NCBI RefSeq assembly: GCF_003334385.1
Contig: NZ_QOWN01000010.1
Source of the DNA: Escherichia coli
GTDB lineage: Bacteria > Pseudomonadota > Gammaproteobacteria > Enterobacterales > Enterobacteriaceae
Length of the DNA stretch: 64,000 nucleotides
Direction: 5' to 3' (one strand)
Below are positions 12,321 to 26,606 of this stretch, in pieces. Position 1 is the first letter of the stretch, and each line of letters begins with the position of its first letter. The position numbers and the translations under genes were made by a program. Below the pieces are notes generated by a model that made no database searches, had not been told where the DNA came from, and saw only the letters and a list, made by a program, of their open reading frames with translations.

Positions 12321-13523
12321 TTAACTGGCTTTTTTAATATGCGGAAGGTCGAACGCTTTGCGCAGCGCCCGAACAAACGCTTTATCATGGCAGATAGTTT
12401 TGCCAGGGCTGTCAGAAAGTTTCGCCACCGGTTTACCGTTACACTCTACCAACTTAATGACAATATTCAGGGGTTTTACCTGGGGGATATCGCAGGTCAG
12501 GCGAGTCCCAATACCAAAACTTAATTGCACGCGGGAAGAGAAGTGGCGGTATAGCTCAACCGCTTTGCGTAAATCCAGATTGTCAGAGAAAACCAGCGTT
12601 TTACTCTGTGGATCAATTCCCAGCTTTTCATAATGTGCAATGGCTTTTTCACCCCATTCAACCGGGTCGCCAGAGTCATGACGCAGGCCCTGATACCGAC
12701 TAGCGAACTCGACACCGAAATCACGCAGGAAAGCATCCATAGTGATGCAGTCGGTTAATGCAATGCCAAGTTGGTCGGGATACTCTTCCAGCCAGGCAGC
12801 AAGTGCAGCTCGCTGGCTGTTGGCTAGATCCGGGCTGATTTGCTGATGTGCCTGGAACCATTCGTGTGCCTGTGTTCCCATCGGCGTGAGGGAAAGCCGA
12901 CGCGCCAGATCGTAGTTGCTGGTGCCCACAAACCAGGATTCCTGTTGCAGACGCTTAACGATGGTTTCTTGTACTTCGCGAGAAAAACGGCGACGGGTGC
13001 CAAAATCCATCAGATGGAAGCGCGACATATCAAGACCGGCGGTTAACGCCGAGAAGTCGACTAATTTGCTTTCCAGCGTGTCGAGGGCTTGCGCAACGTC
13101 GGCCTGCGGTGAGCGATAGCGATGTACCATTTCACTGATAACCGCCAGCAAAGGAACTTCCCAGAGGATGACTTCACGCCACGGGCCGCTTAAACGAATA
13201 TCCAGCTTGCCATTATCGTTGGACACGGTGACTTGTTCCGGGTTAAAGCGGAACTCGCGTAACCAGTTAAGATAGTCGGCCTTAAAGAAAGGCAGGGCAG
13301 AAAGCCACTGATATTCATCATCCTGCAGGCGCAGGTGCTGCATCGCCTGAACCTGTTCACGAATAGCATCGGCATAAATACCCAGCAGATCGTCACCTCG
13401 GCAACGAAACTCCGCCGCGACATGCACATCGTAATAGTGATGAAACACGGCTTGCTGCATATGCAACTTATAAGCATCTGTATCCAGCAACGAGTGCAGA
13501 ACAGGAGAAGCGAATTGTGTCAT
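12321..13523 (-). CDS. pncB: Nicotinate phosphoribosyltransferase PncB, 400 aa
   Basis: ORF 12321..13571; start chosen at [24 protein letters not shown] (CAT at 13521-13523). Confidence 0.94.
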   Translation of the reverse strand: MTQFASPVLHSLLDTDAYKLHMQQAVFHHYYDVHVAAEFRCRGDDLLGIYADAIREQVQAMQHLRLQDDEYQWLSALPFFKADYLNWLREFRFNPEQVTVSNDNGKLDIRLSGPWREVILWEVPLLAVISEMVHRYRSPQADVAQALDTLESKLVDFSALTAGLDMSRFHLMDFGTRRRFSREVQETIVKRLQQESWFVGTSNYDLARRLSLTPMGTQAHEWFQAHQQISPDLANSQRAALAAWLEEYPDQLGIALTDCITMDAFLRDFGVEFASRYQGLRHDSGDPVEWGEKAIAHYEKLGIDPQSKTLVFSDNLDLRKAVELYRHFSSRVQLSFGIGTRLTCDIPQVKPLNIVIKLVECNGKPVAKLSDSPGKTICHDKAFVRALRKAFDLPHIKKAS

Positions 13524-13552
13524 AGGTGCGCAGTAGCGTCCTCGTACAGGAG

Positions 13553-13570
13553 CGTTTAGTACAATAAACA
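13553..13570 (-). promoter_or_regulatory. Putative NadR operator in the pncB leader (TGTTTA-N6-TAAACG)
   Basis: Minus strand reads TGTTTATTGTACTAAACG, 30-47 nt upstream of the pncB ATG; resembles the NAD-box inverted repeat. Confidence 0.35.
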
Positions 13571-13788
13571 TCTTCAGGAACTGCTGGAGTATACCTTGTT
13601 TCGCAATTTATTGAACCCCGATCACACCATATGCCACCTTTCTGGTCGATGGCATTACGCGGTGTATGTTATAAAAATGTAGCAATAAAGGCGTTTGTAC
13701 CTGAAAAGATGAAGATTCTGCATAGCGCGATTTACGCAACAGGAATAGACTGAACACCAGACTCTATAAAAGATGCTAAAGGTTATTT

Positions 13789-16401
13789 ATGACTCAACAG
13801 CCACAAGCCAAATACCGTCACGATTATCGTGCGCCGGATTACCAGATTACTGATATTGACTTGACCTTTGACCTCGACGCGCAAAAGACGGTCGTTACCG
13901 CGGTCAGCCAGGCTGTCCGTCATGGTGCATCAGATGCTCCCCTTCGTCTCAACGGCGAAGACCTCAAACTGGTTTCTGTTCATATTAATGATGAGCCGTG
14001 GACCGCCTGGAAAGAAGAAGAGGGCGCACTGGTTATCAGTAATTTGCCGGAGCGTTTTACGCTTAAGATCATTAATGAAATAAGCCCGGCGGCGAATACC
14101 GCGCTGGAAGGGCTTTATCAGTCAGGCGATGCGCTTTGCACCCAGTGTGAAGCCGAAGGTTTCCGCCATATTACGTATTATCTCGACCGCCCGGACGTGC
14201 TGGCGCGTTTTACCACCAAAATTATTGCCGATAAAATCAAATATCCCTTCCTGCTTTCCAATGGTAACCGCGTTGCGCAAGGCGAACTGGAAAACGGACG
14301 CCATTGGGTACAGTGGCAGGACCCGTTCCCGAAACCGTGCTACCTGTTTGCGCTGGTGGCAGGCGACTTTGATGTACTGCGCGATACCTTTACCACGCGT
14401 TCTGGTCGCGAAGTAGCACTGGAGCTGTACGTCGATCGCGGCAACCTTGATCGCGCGCCGTGGGCGATGACCTCGCTGAAAAACTCCATGAAATGGGATG
14501 AAGAACGCTTTGGCCTGGAGTATGACCTCGACATCTATATGATCGTCGCGGTGGATTTCTTCAATATGGGCGCAATGGAGAATAAGGGGCTGAATATCTT
14601 TAACTCCAAATATGTGCTGGCCCGCACCGACACCGCCACCGACAAAGATTACCTCGATATTGAACGCGTTATCGGCCATGAATATTTCCATAACTGGACC
14701 GGTAACCGAGTGACCTGTCGCGACTGGTTCCAGCTCAGCCTGAAAGAAGGTTTAACCGTCTTCCGCGATCAGGAGTTCAGCTCTGACCTTGGTTCCCGCG
14801 CAGTTAACCGCATCAATAATGTACGCACCATGCGCGGATTGCAGTTTGCAGAAGACGCCAGCCCGATGGCGCACCCGATCCGCCCGGATATGGTCATTGA
14901 GATGAACAACTTCTACACCCTGACCGTTTACGAGAAGGGCGCGGAAGTGATTCGCATGATCCACACCCTGCTTGGCGAAGAAAACTTCCAGAAAGGGATG
15001 CAGCTTTATTTCGAGCGTCATGATGGTAGTGCAGCGACCTGTGACGACTTTGTGCAGGCGATGGAAGATGCGTCGAATGTCGATCTCTCCCATTTCCGCC
15101 GTTGGTACAGCCAGTCCGGTACACCGATTGTGACCGTCAAAGACGACTACAATCCGGAAACCGAGCAGTACACCCTGACCATCAGCCAGCGCACGCCAGC
15201 CACGCCGGATCAGGCAGAAAAACAGCCGCTGCATATTCCGTTTGCCATCGAACTGTATGATAACGAAGGCAAAGTGATCCCGTTGCAGAAAGGCGGTCAT
15301 CCGGTGAATTCCGTGCTGAACGTCACTCAGGCGGAACAGACCTTTGTCTTTGATAATGTCTACTTCCAGCCGGTGCCTGCGCTGCTGTGCGAATTCTCTG
15401 CGCCAGTGAAACTGGAATATAAGTGGAGCGATCAGCAACTGACCTTCCTGATGCGTCATGCGCGTAATGATTTCTCCCGCTGGGATGCGGCGCAAAGTTT
15501 GCTGGCAACCTACATCAAGCTGAACGTCGCGCGTCATCAGCAAGGTCAGCCGCTGTCTCTGCCGGTGCATGTGGCTGATGCTTTCCGCGCGGTACTGCTT
15601 GATGAGAAGATTGATCCAGCGCTGGCGGCAGAAATCCTGACGCTGCCTTCTGTCAATGAAATGGCTGAATTGTTCGATATCATCGACCCGATTGCTATTG
15701 CCGAAGTACGCGAAGCACTCACTCGTACTCTGGCGACTGAACTGGCGGATGAGCTACTGGCTATTTACAACGCGAATTACCAGAGCGAGTACCGTGTTGA
15801 GCATGAAGATATTGCAAAACGCACTCTGCGTAATGCCTGCCTGCGTTTCCTCGCTTTTGGTGAAACGCATCTGGCTGATGTGCTGGTGAGCAAGCAGTTC
15901 CACGAAGCAAACAATATGACTGATGCGCTGGCGGCGCTTTCTGCGGCGGTTGCCGCACAGCTGCCTTGCCGTGACGCGCTGATGCAGGAGTACGACGACA
16001 AGTGGCATCAGAACGGTCTGGTGATGGATAAATGGTTTATCCTGCAAGCCACCAGCCCGGCGGCGAATGTGCTGGAGACGGTGCGCGGCCTGTTGCAGCA
16101 TCGCTCATTTACCATGAGCAACCCGAACCGTATTCGTTCGTTGATTGGCGCGTTTGCGGGCAGCAATCCGGCAGCGTTCCATGCCGAAGATGGCAGCGGT
16201 TACCTGTTCCTGGTGGAAATGCTTACCGACCTCAACAGCCGTAACCCGCAGGTGGCTTCACGTCTGATTGAACCGCTGATTCGCCTGAAACGTTACGATG
16301 CCAAACGTCAGGAGAAAATGCGCGCGGCGCTGGAACAGTTGAAAGGGCTGGAAAATCTCTCTGGCGATCTGTACGAGAAGATAACTAAAGCACTGGCTTG
16401 A
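13789..16401 (+). CDS. pepN: Aminopeptidase N (PepN), 870 aa
   Basis: ORF 870 aa; HEYFHNWTGN zinc motif and GAMEN motif. Confidence 0.97.
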   Translation: MTQQPQAKYRHDYRAPDYQITDIDLTFDLDAQKTVVTAVSQAVRHGASDAPLRLNGEDLKLVSVHINDEPWTAWKEEEGALVISNLPERFTLKIINEISPAANTALEGLYQSGDALCTQCEAEGFRHITYYLDRPDVLARFTTKIIADKIKYPFLLSNGNRVAQGELENGRHWVQWQDPFPKPCYLFALVAGDFDVLRDTFTTRSGREVALELYVDRGNLDRAPWAMTSLKNSMKWDEERFGLEYDLDIYMIVAVDFFNMGAMENKGLNIFNSKYVLARTDTATDKDYLDIERVIGHEYFHNWTGNRVTCRDWFQLSLKEGLTVFRDQEFSSDLGSRAVNRINNVRTMRGLQFAEDASPMAHPIRPDMVIEMNNFYTLTVYEKGAEVIRMIHTLLGEENFQKGMQLYFERHDGSAATCDDFVQAMEDASNVDLSHFRRWYSQSGTPIVTVKDDYNPETEQYTLTISQRTPATPDQAEKQPLHIPFAIELYDNEGKVIPLQKGGHPVNSVLNVTQAEQTFVFDNVYFQPVPALLCEFSAPVKLEYKWSDQQLTFLMRHARNDFSRWDAAQSLLATYIKLNVARHQQGQPLSLPVHVADAFRAVLLDEKIDPALAAEILTLPSVNEMAELFDIIDPIAIAEVREALTRTLATELADELLAIYNANYQSEYRVEHEDIAKRTLRNACLRFLAFGETHLADVLVSKQFHEANNMTDALAALSAAVAAQLPCRDALMQEYDDKWHQNGLVMDKWFILQATSPAANVLETVRGLLQHRSFTMSNPNRIRSLIGAFAGSNPAAFHAEDGSGYLFLVEMLTDLNSRNPQVASRLIEPLIRLKRYDAKRQEKMRAALEQLKGLENLSGDLYEKITKALA

Positions 16402-16408
16402 TAAATAA

Positions 16409-16438
16409 CCGAATGGCGGCAATAGCGCCGCCATTCGG
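16409..16438. terminator. Hairpin between convergent pepN and ssuB
   Basis: Stem CCGAATGGCGGC/GCCGCCATTCGG; no clear U-tract on either side. Confidence 0.4.
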
Positions 16439-16443
16439 GGAAT

Positions 16444-17211
16444 TTACCCCTGTTTTCTCAGGCGAGTTTCAGATTCACCACGTTGCATCACCCGTTGCAA
16501 CACCTCCGCTTCCAGCTCCGCTAATCGCACCGACCCTAATCGACGCGGACGGGGGATATCCACTGTCAAATCCAGACCAATTTTTCCCTCTTCAATTAAC
16601 AGCACCCGGTCAGCCATCGCTACCGCTTCGCTCACATCATGCGTCACCAACAGTACGGTAAAGCCGTGCTCCTGCCAAAGTGACACAATCAAATCCTGCA
16701 TCTCGAGTCGCGTTAAGGCGTCCAGCGCCCCGAGCGGTTCATCAAGCAACAATAATCCCGGTCGATGAATCAACGCTCTTGCCAGCGCCACTCGCTGTTT
16801 CTGCCCGCCAGAAAGTGCGGCAGGCCATTCCCCTGCGCGATTCTCCAGTCCTACCGCAGCCAACGCTCGACGTGCGGCATCGCGCCACTGGCCTTTAAGG
16901 CCTAACCCAACGTTATCAATCACCGATTTCCACGGTAGCAGACGCGCATCCTGAAACATCATTCGCGTGTCTTCCTGAATTTCAGCCAGCGGTGTGGTGC
17001 CCGCTAACACATCGCCTGCGGTTGGCGTTTCCAGACCTGCCAGCAGGCGCAGCAGGGTACTTTTGCCACCACCGCTGCGGCCCACCACCGCCACAAACTG
17101 ACCTGCCGGAATATGTAAATCCAGTTGGTTCAGGACGATATTTTCCGCGTAATGTTTGCTTACTGCATTGAGCAACAATGGCGTGCCCTGGTTCAGACGA
17201 GCAGTATTCAT
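16444..17211 (-). CDS. ssuB: Aliphatic sulfonate ABC transporter ATP-binding protein SsuB, 255 aa
   Basis: ORF 255 aa; Walker [13 protein letters not shown] signature LSGGQKQRV, Walker B LLLDEP. Confidence 0.95.
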
Positions 17212-17999
17212 ACCGTGGCCTCCTTCAAATGATAAGCCGGGTTCCAGCGCAACCAGAGGCGCTCTAACAGCTGCGCGCTGACGTCAGCCAGTTTGCCGAG
17301 CAGGGCGTAAAGAATAATAGCGACTACCACCACGTCCGTTTGCAAAAACTCCCGCGCATTCATCGCCAGATAACCAATGCCTGAATTGGCAGAAATGGTT
17401 TCGGCAACAATCAGCGTCAGCCACATCAGGCCCAACGCAAAACGCACGCCGACCATAATTGAGGGCAGGGCACCAGGCAGGATCACATGGATAAACAGCG
17501 GTATGCCGGATAATCCATAGCTACGCGCCATCTCCACCAACCCGCGATCGATATTACGGATGCCATGCCAGGTGTTGATATAAATGGGGAATAGCGTACC
17601 GAGCGCCACCAGAAAGATTTTTGCGGATTCATCAATGCCAAACCACAAAATCACCAGCGGGATCAGCGCCAGATGCGGCACGTTGCGCAACATCTGAATT
17701 GAGGTATCCAGCAGCCGTTCTCCCCAGCGAGATAGCCCGCTAATCAGTCCCAAAATCAACCCCAGCGATCCGCCAATTGAAAAGCCAATCAGCGCCCGCC
17801 AGGAGCTGATCGCCAGATGCTGCCACAGTTCGCCGCTGGCGGAGAGCGTCCAGAACGCCGTCACCACTCCTTCCGGTGAAGGCAAAATACGCGTCGACAG
17901 CCAGCCAACCGAGGAGGCCAGTTGCCACACCGCCACGATGCCCACCGGTAAAAACCAGGGGGCAACGCGCAATAACCACTTCTTCACTGGCGTTGCCAT
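17208..17999 (-). CDS. ssuC: Aliphatic sulfonate ABC transporter permease SsuC, 263 aa
   Basis: ORF 17208..18044; start chosen at [10 protein letters not shown] (CAT at 17997-17999); 4-nt overlap with ssuB. Confidence 0.92.
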
Positions 18000-18009
18000 T
18001 ATTTCTTCC

Positions 18010-19155
18010 TTAGCTTTGCGCGACTTTACGGGGGATAAAATCATTCGCCACCGCTTCGCCTTGCGGATTCAGCGGCTGCGGCTGGGGAATTTCCGGGATG
18101 GCGACATCCAGAAGCGGGAACAGCAACTCGCCAACCCGATACGCTTCTTCCAGATGCGGATAGCCCGAAAGCACAAAACTGTCGATGCCAAGCGCGGCAT
18201 ATTCGTTGATTCGCGCAGCGACCGTAGGACCATCGCCCACCAGCGCCGTCCCGGCACCGCCGCGCACTAAGCCAACGCCCGCCCATAAATTGGGGCTGAT
18301 CTCCAGATTGTCGCGCTTGCCGTTATGTAACGCCGCCATTCGCTGTTGCCCTACGGAATCCGTCCGGGCGAATGCGGCCTGTGCTTTGGCGATAGTTTCA
18401 TCATCAAGATGCGAGATTAACCGCTCGGCGGCCTGCCACGCTTCGTCGTTAGTTTCACGAACAATCACATGCAGACGAATACCGAAACGAATTTTGCGTC
18501 CATGCGCGGCAGCTTTCGCCCGCACTTGTTCGATTTTCTCTTTAACCAGTTCCGGCGGTTCGCCCCAGGTGAGGTAGAGATCAACCTGTTCTGCCGCCAG
18601 CTCCTGGGCGACATCTGACGATCCGCCAAAGTAAAGTGGCGGATACGGCTGTTGAATCGCCGGGAAGAGCAGTTTTGCTCCGCGCACATGAATATGTTTA
18701 CCGTTGAAATCGACGGTTTCTCTCTGCAATAAACGCCGCCAGACCTGGGTAAATTCCGCCGAGGCTTCGTAGCGCTCGCTATGATCAAGGAACACTCCGT
18801 CGCCTGCCAGCTCTTGTGGATCGCTGCCTGTGACCAGGTTAAACAACGCACGTCCATTTGAGAGACGGTCAAGCGTGGCGGCCTGGCGGGCGGCAACGGT
18901 AGGTGAGGTTACGCTGGGACGCAGGGCGACAAGAAACTTCAGCCGCTGCGTCACCGGGATCATCGATGCGGCAACCAGCCACGCATCTTCGCAGGAGCGC
19001 CCCGTTGGAATTAGCACACCGGTATAGCCAAGACGATCCGCCGCTTGCGCAATTTGTTGCAGATAACCGTGATCAACCGGGCGTGAACCTTCTTCCGTTC
19101 CCAGATAATGCCCGTCACCGTGGGTCGGTAAAAACCAGAACATATTCAGACTCAT
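18010..19155 (-). CDS. ssuD: FMNH2-dependent alkanesulfonate monooxygenase SsuD, 381 aa
   Basis: ORF 381 aa beginning [19 protein letters not shown]. Confidence 0.96.
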
Positions 19156-20111
19156 AATTGTTTTCCTTCCAGTTGAGTGGGCTGCCAGATGCGCTGGCGA
19201 ATATCGACTTTTTTCGGCACCAGACGATTTTCATAAAACAGATCTGCCGTTTGCTGCTGTAAGGCGGCAACCTCGGCGTTAACCGGTTTGATGGTGGTAG
19301 GAGGGCGATGATCTAAGTAAGAGGCAATCACCGGTGCCGGTAAGCCCATCGTTTTTGCCAGTAAAGCGATGCTTTGCTCGCGCTGGCTGCGGGTTAACGC
19401 ATCGGCCTCACTAAAGGTTGCCAGTACGCCCTGAATAAAAGCGCCGTTTTTTTCTGCATAGGGACGAGCTGCCAGATAAAACGATCCAGTTTGATTGAGA
19501 TCGGTGCCGTCTTTCAGCACCCGCACGCCGCCCTGTAATAATGCAGCAGAGTAGTAGGGATCCCAGATAGCCTAGGCGTCAACGTTACCTTGCTGGAACG
19601 CGGCGCGGGCATCAGCGGGCGTCAGGTAAGTGGGTTGGATATCGGTAAACTTAAGTCCGGCCTGACGCAGTGCACGCAGTAAAAGGTTGTGTGAACTGGA
19701 ACCTTTCTGAAAGGCAACTTTGTGACCTTTAAGATCGGCTACGGTTTTGATCGGGCTGTTTTCTGCCACCAGAATCACTTCGGCTTTGGGCTTCGGTGGC
19801 TCGACGCCCACGTACACCAAATCAGCCCCGGCAGCCTGGGCAAAGATTGGCGGAATATCCCCGGTACTGCCGAGATCAATACTGCCAACGTTTAACGCTT
19901 CCAACATTTGCGGACCCGCGGGGAACTCCACCCAGGAGATTTTTGATTCCGGATAGCGTTTTTCCAGTAACTGGTGGCTTTTTGCCAGCACCATACCAAT
20001 ACTGCCTTTCTGATAGCCTATACGTAACGCTTCAGGCGAGGATTCTGCAGCAACCGCAAAAGTAGAGACGCTAAGCAATCCCGCCAGCGCCAGTTTAATG
20101 ATGTTACGCAT
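19152..20111 (-). pseudogene. ssuA: ssuA (sulfonate-binding periplasmic protein) interrupted by an in-frame TAG at 19572-19574
   Basis: ORFs 19572..20153 and 19152..19526 share one frame; reading reads ...QQGNVDA * AIWDPYYSAALLQGGVRVLKDG..., where I recall Trp in the intact protein; the span is 320 codons, as expected for 319 aa. Confidence 0.8.
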
Positions 20112-20679
20112 GGGCATTACCTCGCAGAGACAGAAGGTCAGGAACCTGAACATCGCGGCGGTGCAATGCCTGCCAGAAAGTTTCTAGCGCGGTATCAAGA
20201 CGGGTTTGCAGATTTGGCGTGAACTGGGGTCTGTGATGGTAATCAATTACTTGTGAGTCATCGGCAAACACGCCGTGCAGGATCTCCTGAGCTTTCAGTG
20301 CGCTTAAAACTGGTTTAAGGGCATAATCGACCGCCAGCAGATGGGCCACGGTACCGCCCGTCGCCAGCGGTAGCACCACTTTGCCTTGCAAAGCGCGTTC
20401 TGGCAGCAGGTCGAGCAGGGTTTTCAACGCACCGGAATAGGCGGCTTTATACACAGGCGTGGCGACAATCAGCCCATCGGCCTGTTGCAGCTGTTCGGTG
20501 AAGGTCTTGAGTGCCGGACTATCGAAACGAGCATAAAGTAGATCTTCCGGGGCGAAGTTTTGCAGATTCCAGTGATAAACCTCTACATCCAGGCCATTTA
20601 GTTTTTCCCGCGCATATTCCAGCAAGGAGCTGGAGCGAGAAGGAAAGCGAGGACTACCCGCCAGGGTGATGACACGCAT
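20104..20679 (-). CDS. ssuE: NADPH-dependent FMN reductase SsuE, 191 aa
   Basis: ORF 191 aa beginning MRVITLAGSPRFPSRS; 8-nt overlap with the ssuA start. Confidence 0.95.
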   Translation of the reverse strand: MRVITLAGSPRFPSRSSSLLEYAREKLNGLDVEVYHWNLQNFAPEDLLYARFDSPALKTFTEQLQQADGLIVATPVYKAAYSGALKTLLDLLPERALQGKVVLPLATGGTVAHLLAVDYALKPVLSALKAQEILHGVFADDSQVIDYHHRPQFTPNLQTRLDTALETFWQALHRRDVQVPDLLSLRGNAHA

Positions 20680-21035
20680 ACTCTCTCCTTATAACCAATT
20701 GTTCTTTTTTTTGTTAACATTGATAACAATTCGGTCAGTCTGTCGGAGAGACAAGAAAATTCCAAATATAAATTTTGTGTATCTTTTTCTGAAAATAAAC
20801 TAAAGAAAGGGCTTTATATATCACGCATATTTATTTATTGGATAGTCATTAGATGTTGAATCAATGAATTACTCGTTCAGTTAATATTTAAATATTCATG
20901 AAATCTATAAATTAAAGATTTGTCACTTATTGGATTTAGTATGCTTGATTTAAATGGCGGACAATTATTGTTATTATTAAGTCTAATGTCATTTAAAGGC
21001 ATTATCATATTTACGAAGAGATCAGGATGATAACG
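20680..21035. promoter_or_regulatory. AT-rich divergent control region between ssuE and elfA
   Basis: About 350 bp of strongly AT-rich DNA with A/T tracts, between the ssuE start and the elfA start. Confidence 0.5.
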
Positions 21036-21575
21036 ATGAAAAAAAGTGTATTGACGGCGTTTATAACTGTGGTATGTGCAACGTCCAGCGTTATGGCTGC
21101 TGATGATAATGCTATCACGGATGGCTCAGTAACATTTAATGGTAAAGTTATTGCTCCAGCTTGTACCCTGGTAGCTGCGACGAAAGATTCCGTGGTGACT
21201 TTGCCAGATGTTAGTGCCACGAAGTTGCAAACCAATGGTCAGGTTTCTGGCGTGCAAATTGATGTGCCAATTGAATTAAAAGATTGTGATACTACCGTAA
21301 CAAAAAATGCAACGTTCACCTTTAATGGCACTGCGGATACTACTCAGATTACAGCGTTTGCTAACCAGGCCTCATCTGATGCTGCTACAAACGTGGCCCT
21401 GCAAATGTATATGAATGATGGTACAACGGCCATCACGCCAGACACAGAAACCGGGAACATTTTGTTGCAGGATGGAGATCAGACGTTGACTTTTAAAGTT
21501 GATTATATCGCTACGGGGAAAGCGACTTCAGGTAATGTGAATGCGGTAACAAATTTCCATATTAACTATTATTAA
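21036..21575 (+). CDS. elfA: Fimbrial major subunit ElfA (YcbQ), 179 aa
   Basis: ORF 21027..21575; start chosen at MKKSVLTAFITVV with AGGA 8 nt upstream; signal peptide and the fimbrial-subunit Cys pair. Confidence 0.9.
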   Translation: MKKSVLTAFITVVCATSSVMAADDNAITDGSVTFNGKVIAPACTLVAATKDSVVTLPDVSATKLQTNGQVSGVQIDVPIELKDCDTTVTKNATFTFNGTADTTQITAFANQASSDAATNVALQMYMNDGTTAITPDTETGNILLQDGDQTLTFKVDYIATGKATSGNVNAVTNFHINYY

Positions 21576-21606
21576 TAGAACTCATTAATTGTTTTATTAA
21601 TTAGTA

Positions 21607-21643
21607 CCCCTCCAGTGTTCTGGAGGGGATATTCATATTTTTT
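21607..21643 (+). terminator. Intra-operon hairpin (partial terminator/attenuator) between elfA and elfD
   Basis: Stem CCCCTCCAG/CTGGAGGGG with loop TGTT, followed by ATATTCATATTTTTT. Confidence 0.5.
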
Positions 21644-21657
21644 AAGAGTGACTATTT

Positions 21658-22359
21658 ATGAAAACTTGCATAACAAAGGGAATTGTGACCGTAAGTTTAA
21701 CGGCAATATTACTCAGCTGCTCATCCGCATGGGCGGCAGGTAAAGGCGGGATTGGACTTGCAGCAACACGTCTTGTTTATTCAGAAGGTGAAGAGCAAAT
21801 TTCACTGGGTGTACGTAACACCAGTCTGGATGTTCCTTATCTTATTCAGTCATGGGTGATGACCCCAGATAATAAAAAATCAGCAGACTTTATTATTACA
21901 CCACCGCTATTTGTGCTGAATCCGGCAAATGAGAATCTGTTACGCATTATGTACATTGGAGCGCCGTTGGCGAAAGACAGAGAAACCCTTTTCTTCACTA
22001 GCGTACGGGCAGTCCCTTCAACAACGAAGCGGAAAGAGGGAAATACCCTGAAGATTGCCACACAAAGCGTCATCAAACTTTTCTGGCGACCAAAAGGTTT
22101 AGCGTATCCCTTAGGCGAGGCTCCGGCGAAACTGCGTTGCACTTCGTCAGCTGACATGGTTACGGTCAGTAACCCAACACCTTATTTCATTACCCTGACA
22201 GACCTGAAAATAGGTGGAAAAGTAGTTAAAAATCAAATGATTTCCCCCTTTGATAAATACCAATTTTCTCTGCCAAAGGGGGCCAAAAATAGCAGCGTAA
22301 CGTATCGAACCATCAATGACTACGGGGCGGAAACGCCGCAACTCAACTGTAAATCGTAA
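21658..22359 (+). CDS. elfD: Periplasmic fimbrial chaperone ElfD (YcbR), 233 aa
   Basis: ORF 233 aa; PapD-like chaperone sequence. Confidence 0.93.
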   Translation: MKTCITKGIVTVSLTAILLSCSSAWAAGKGGIGLAATRLVYSEGEEQISLGVRNTSLDVPYLIQSWVMTPDNKKSADFIITPPLFVLNPANENLLRIMYIGAPLAKDRETLFFTSVRAVPSTTKRKEGNTLKIATQSVIKLFWRPKGLAYPLGEAPAKLRCTSSADMVTVSNPTPYFITLTDLKIGGKVVKNQMISPFDKYQFSLPKGAKNSSVTYRTINDYGAETPQLNCKS

Positions 22360-22383
22360 GCCGTCTTCAGTTAAGAGAGCGAG

Positions 22384-26045
<3,662 letters not shown>

Positions 26046-26056
26046 CGCGTGAACGT

Positions 26057-26599
26057 ATGAAGAAAAAAACGATATTTCAGTGCGTTATCTTGTTCTTTAG
26101 CATTCTTAACATCCATGTCGGGATGGCTGGGCCTGAACAAGTTAGTATGCATATTTATGGGAATGTGGTCGATCAGGGCTGTGATGTCGCCACCAAAAGT
26201 GCATTACAAAATATTCATATTGGTGATTTTAATATCAGTGATTTTCAGGCCGCGAATACCGTAAGCACTGCTGCTGATTTGAATATCGATATCACCGGTT
26301 GTGCCGCTGGTATTACTGGCGCGGACGTCCTTTTTAGCGGCGAGGCTGACACCCTTGCGCCGACACTGCTCAAACTAACTGACACAGGCGGAAGCGGTGG
26401 TATGGCAACGGGGATTGCCGTGCAAATTCTTGATGCGCAAAGTCAGCAAGAAATCCCGCTCAATCAGGTCCAGCCTCTTACGCCCTTAAAAGCCGGGGAT
26501 AACACACTCAAATATCAACTTCGTTATAAGTCCACAAAGGCGGGAGCAACGGGCGGTAATGCGACGGCGGTTCTCTATTTTGATCTGGTTTACCAGTGA
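26057..26599 (+). CDS. ycbU: Fimbrial-like protein YcbU, 180 aa
   Basis: ORF 180 aa; signal peptide and pilin-type C-terminus. Confidence 0.9.
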   Translation: MKKKTIFQCVILFFSILNIHVGMAGPEQVSMHIYGNVVDQGCDVATKSALQNIHIGDFNISDFQAANTVSTAADLNIDITGCAAGITGADVLFSGEADTLAPTLLKLTDTGGSGGMATGIAVQILDAQSQQEIPLNQVQPLTPLKAGDNTLKYQLRYKSTKAGATGGNATAVLYFDLVYQ

Positions 26600-26606
26600 A
26601 GGAGTG

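Noticed and set aside
14752-15570. 272-aa ORF antisense to pepN; similar long antisense ORFs lie inside hyaA (55406..56269), rlmL (32065..32676), pqiB (36358..37029), hyaD (58893..59540) and mukB (3348..3902)
   Set aside because: All are fully nested in well-supported genes on the opposite strand, with no start context or recognisable motifs. They are treated as non-coding shadow ORFs.
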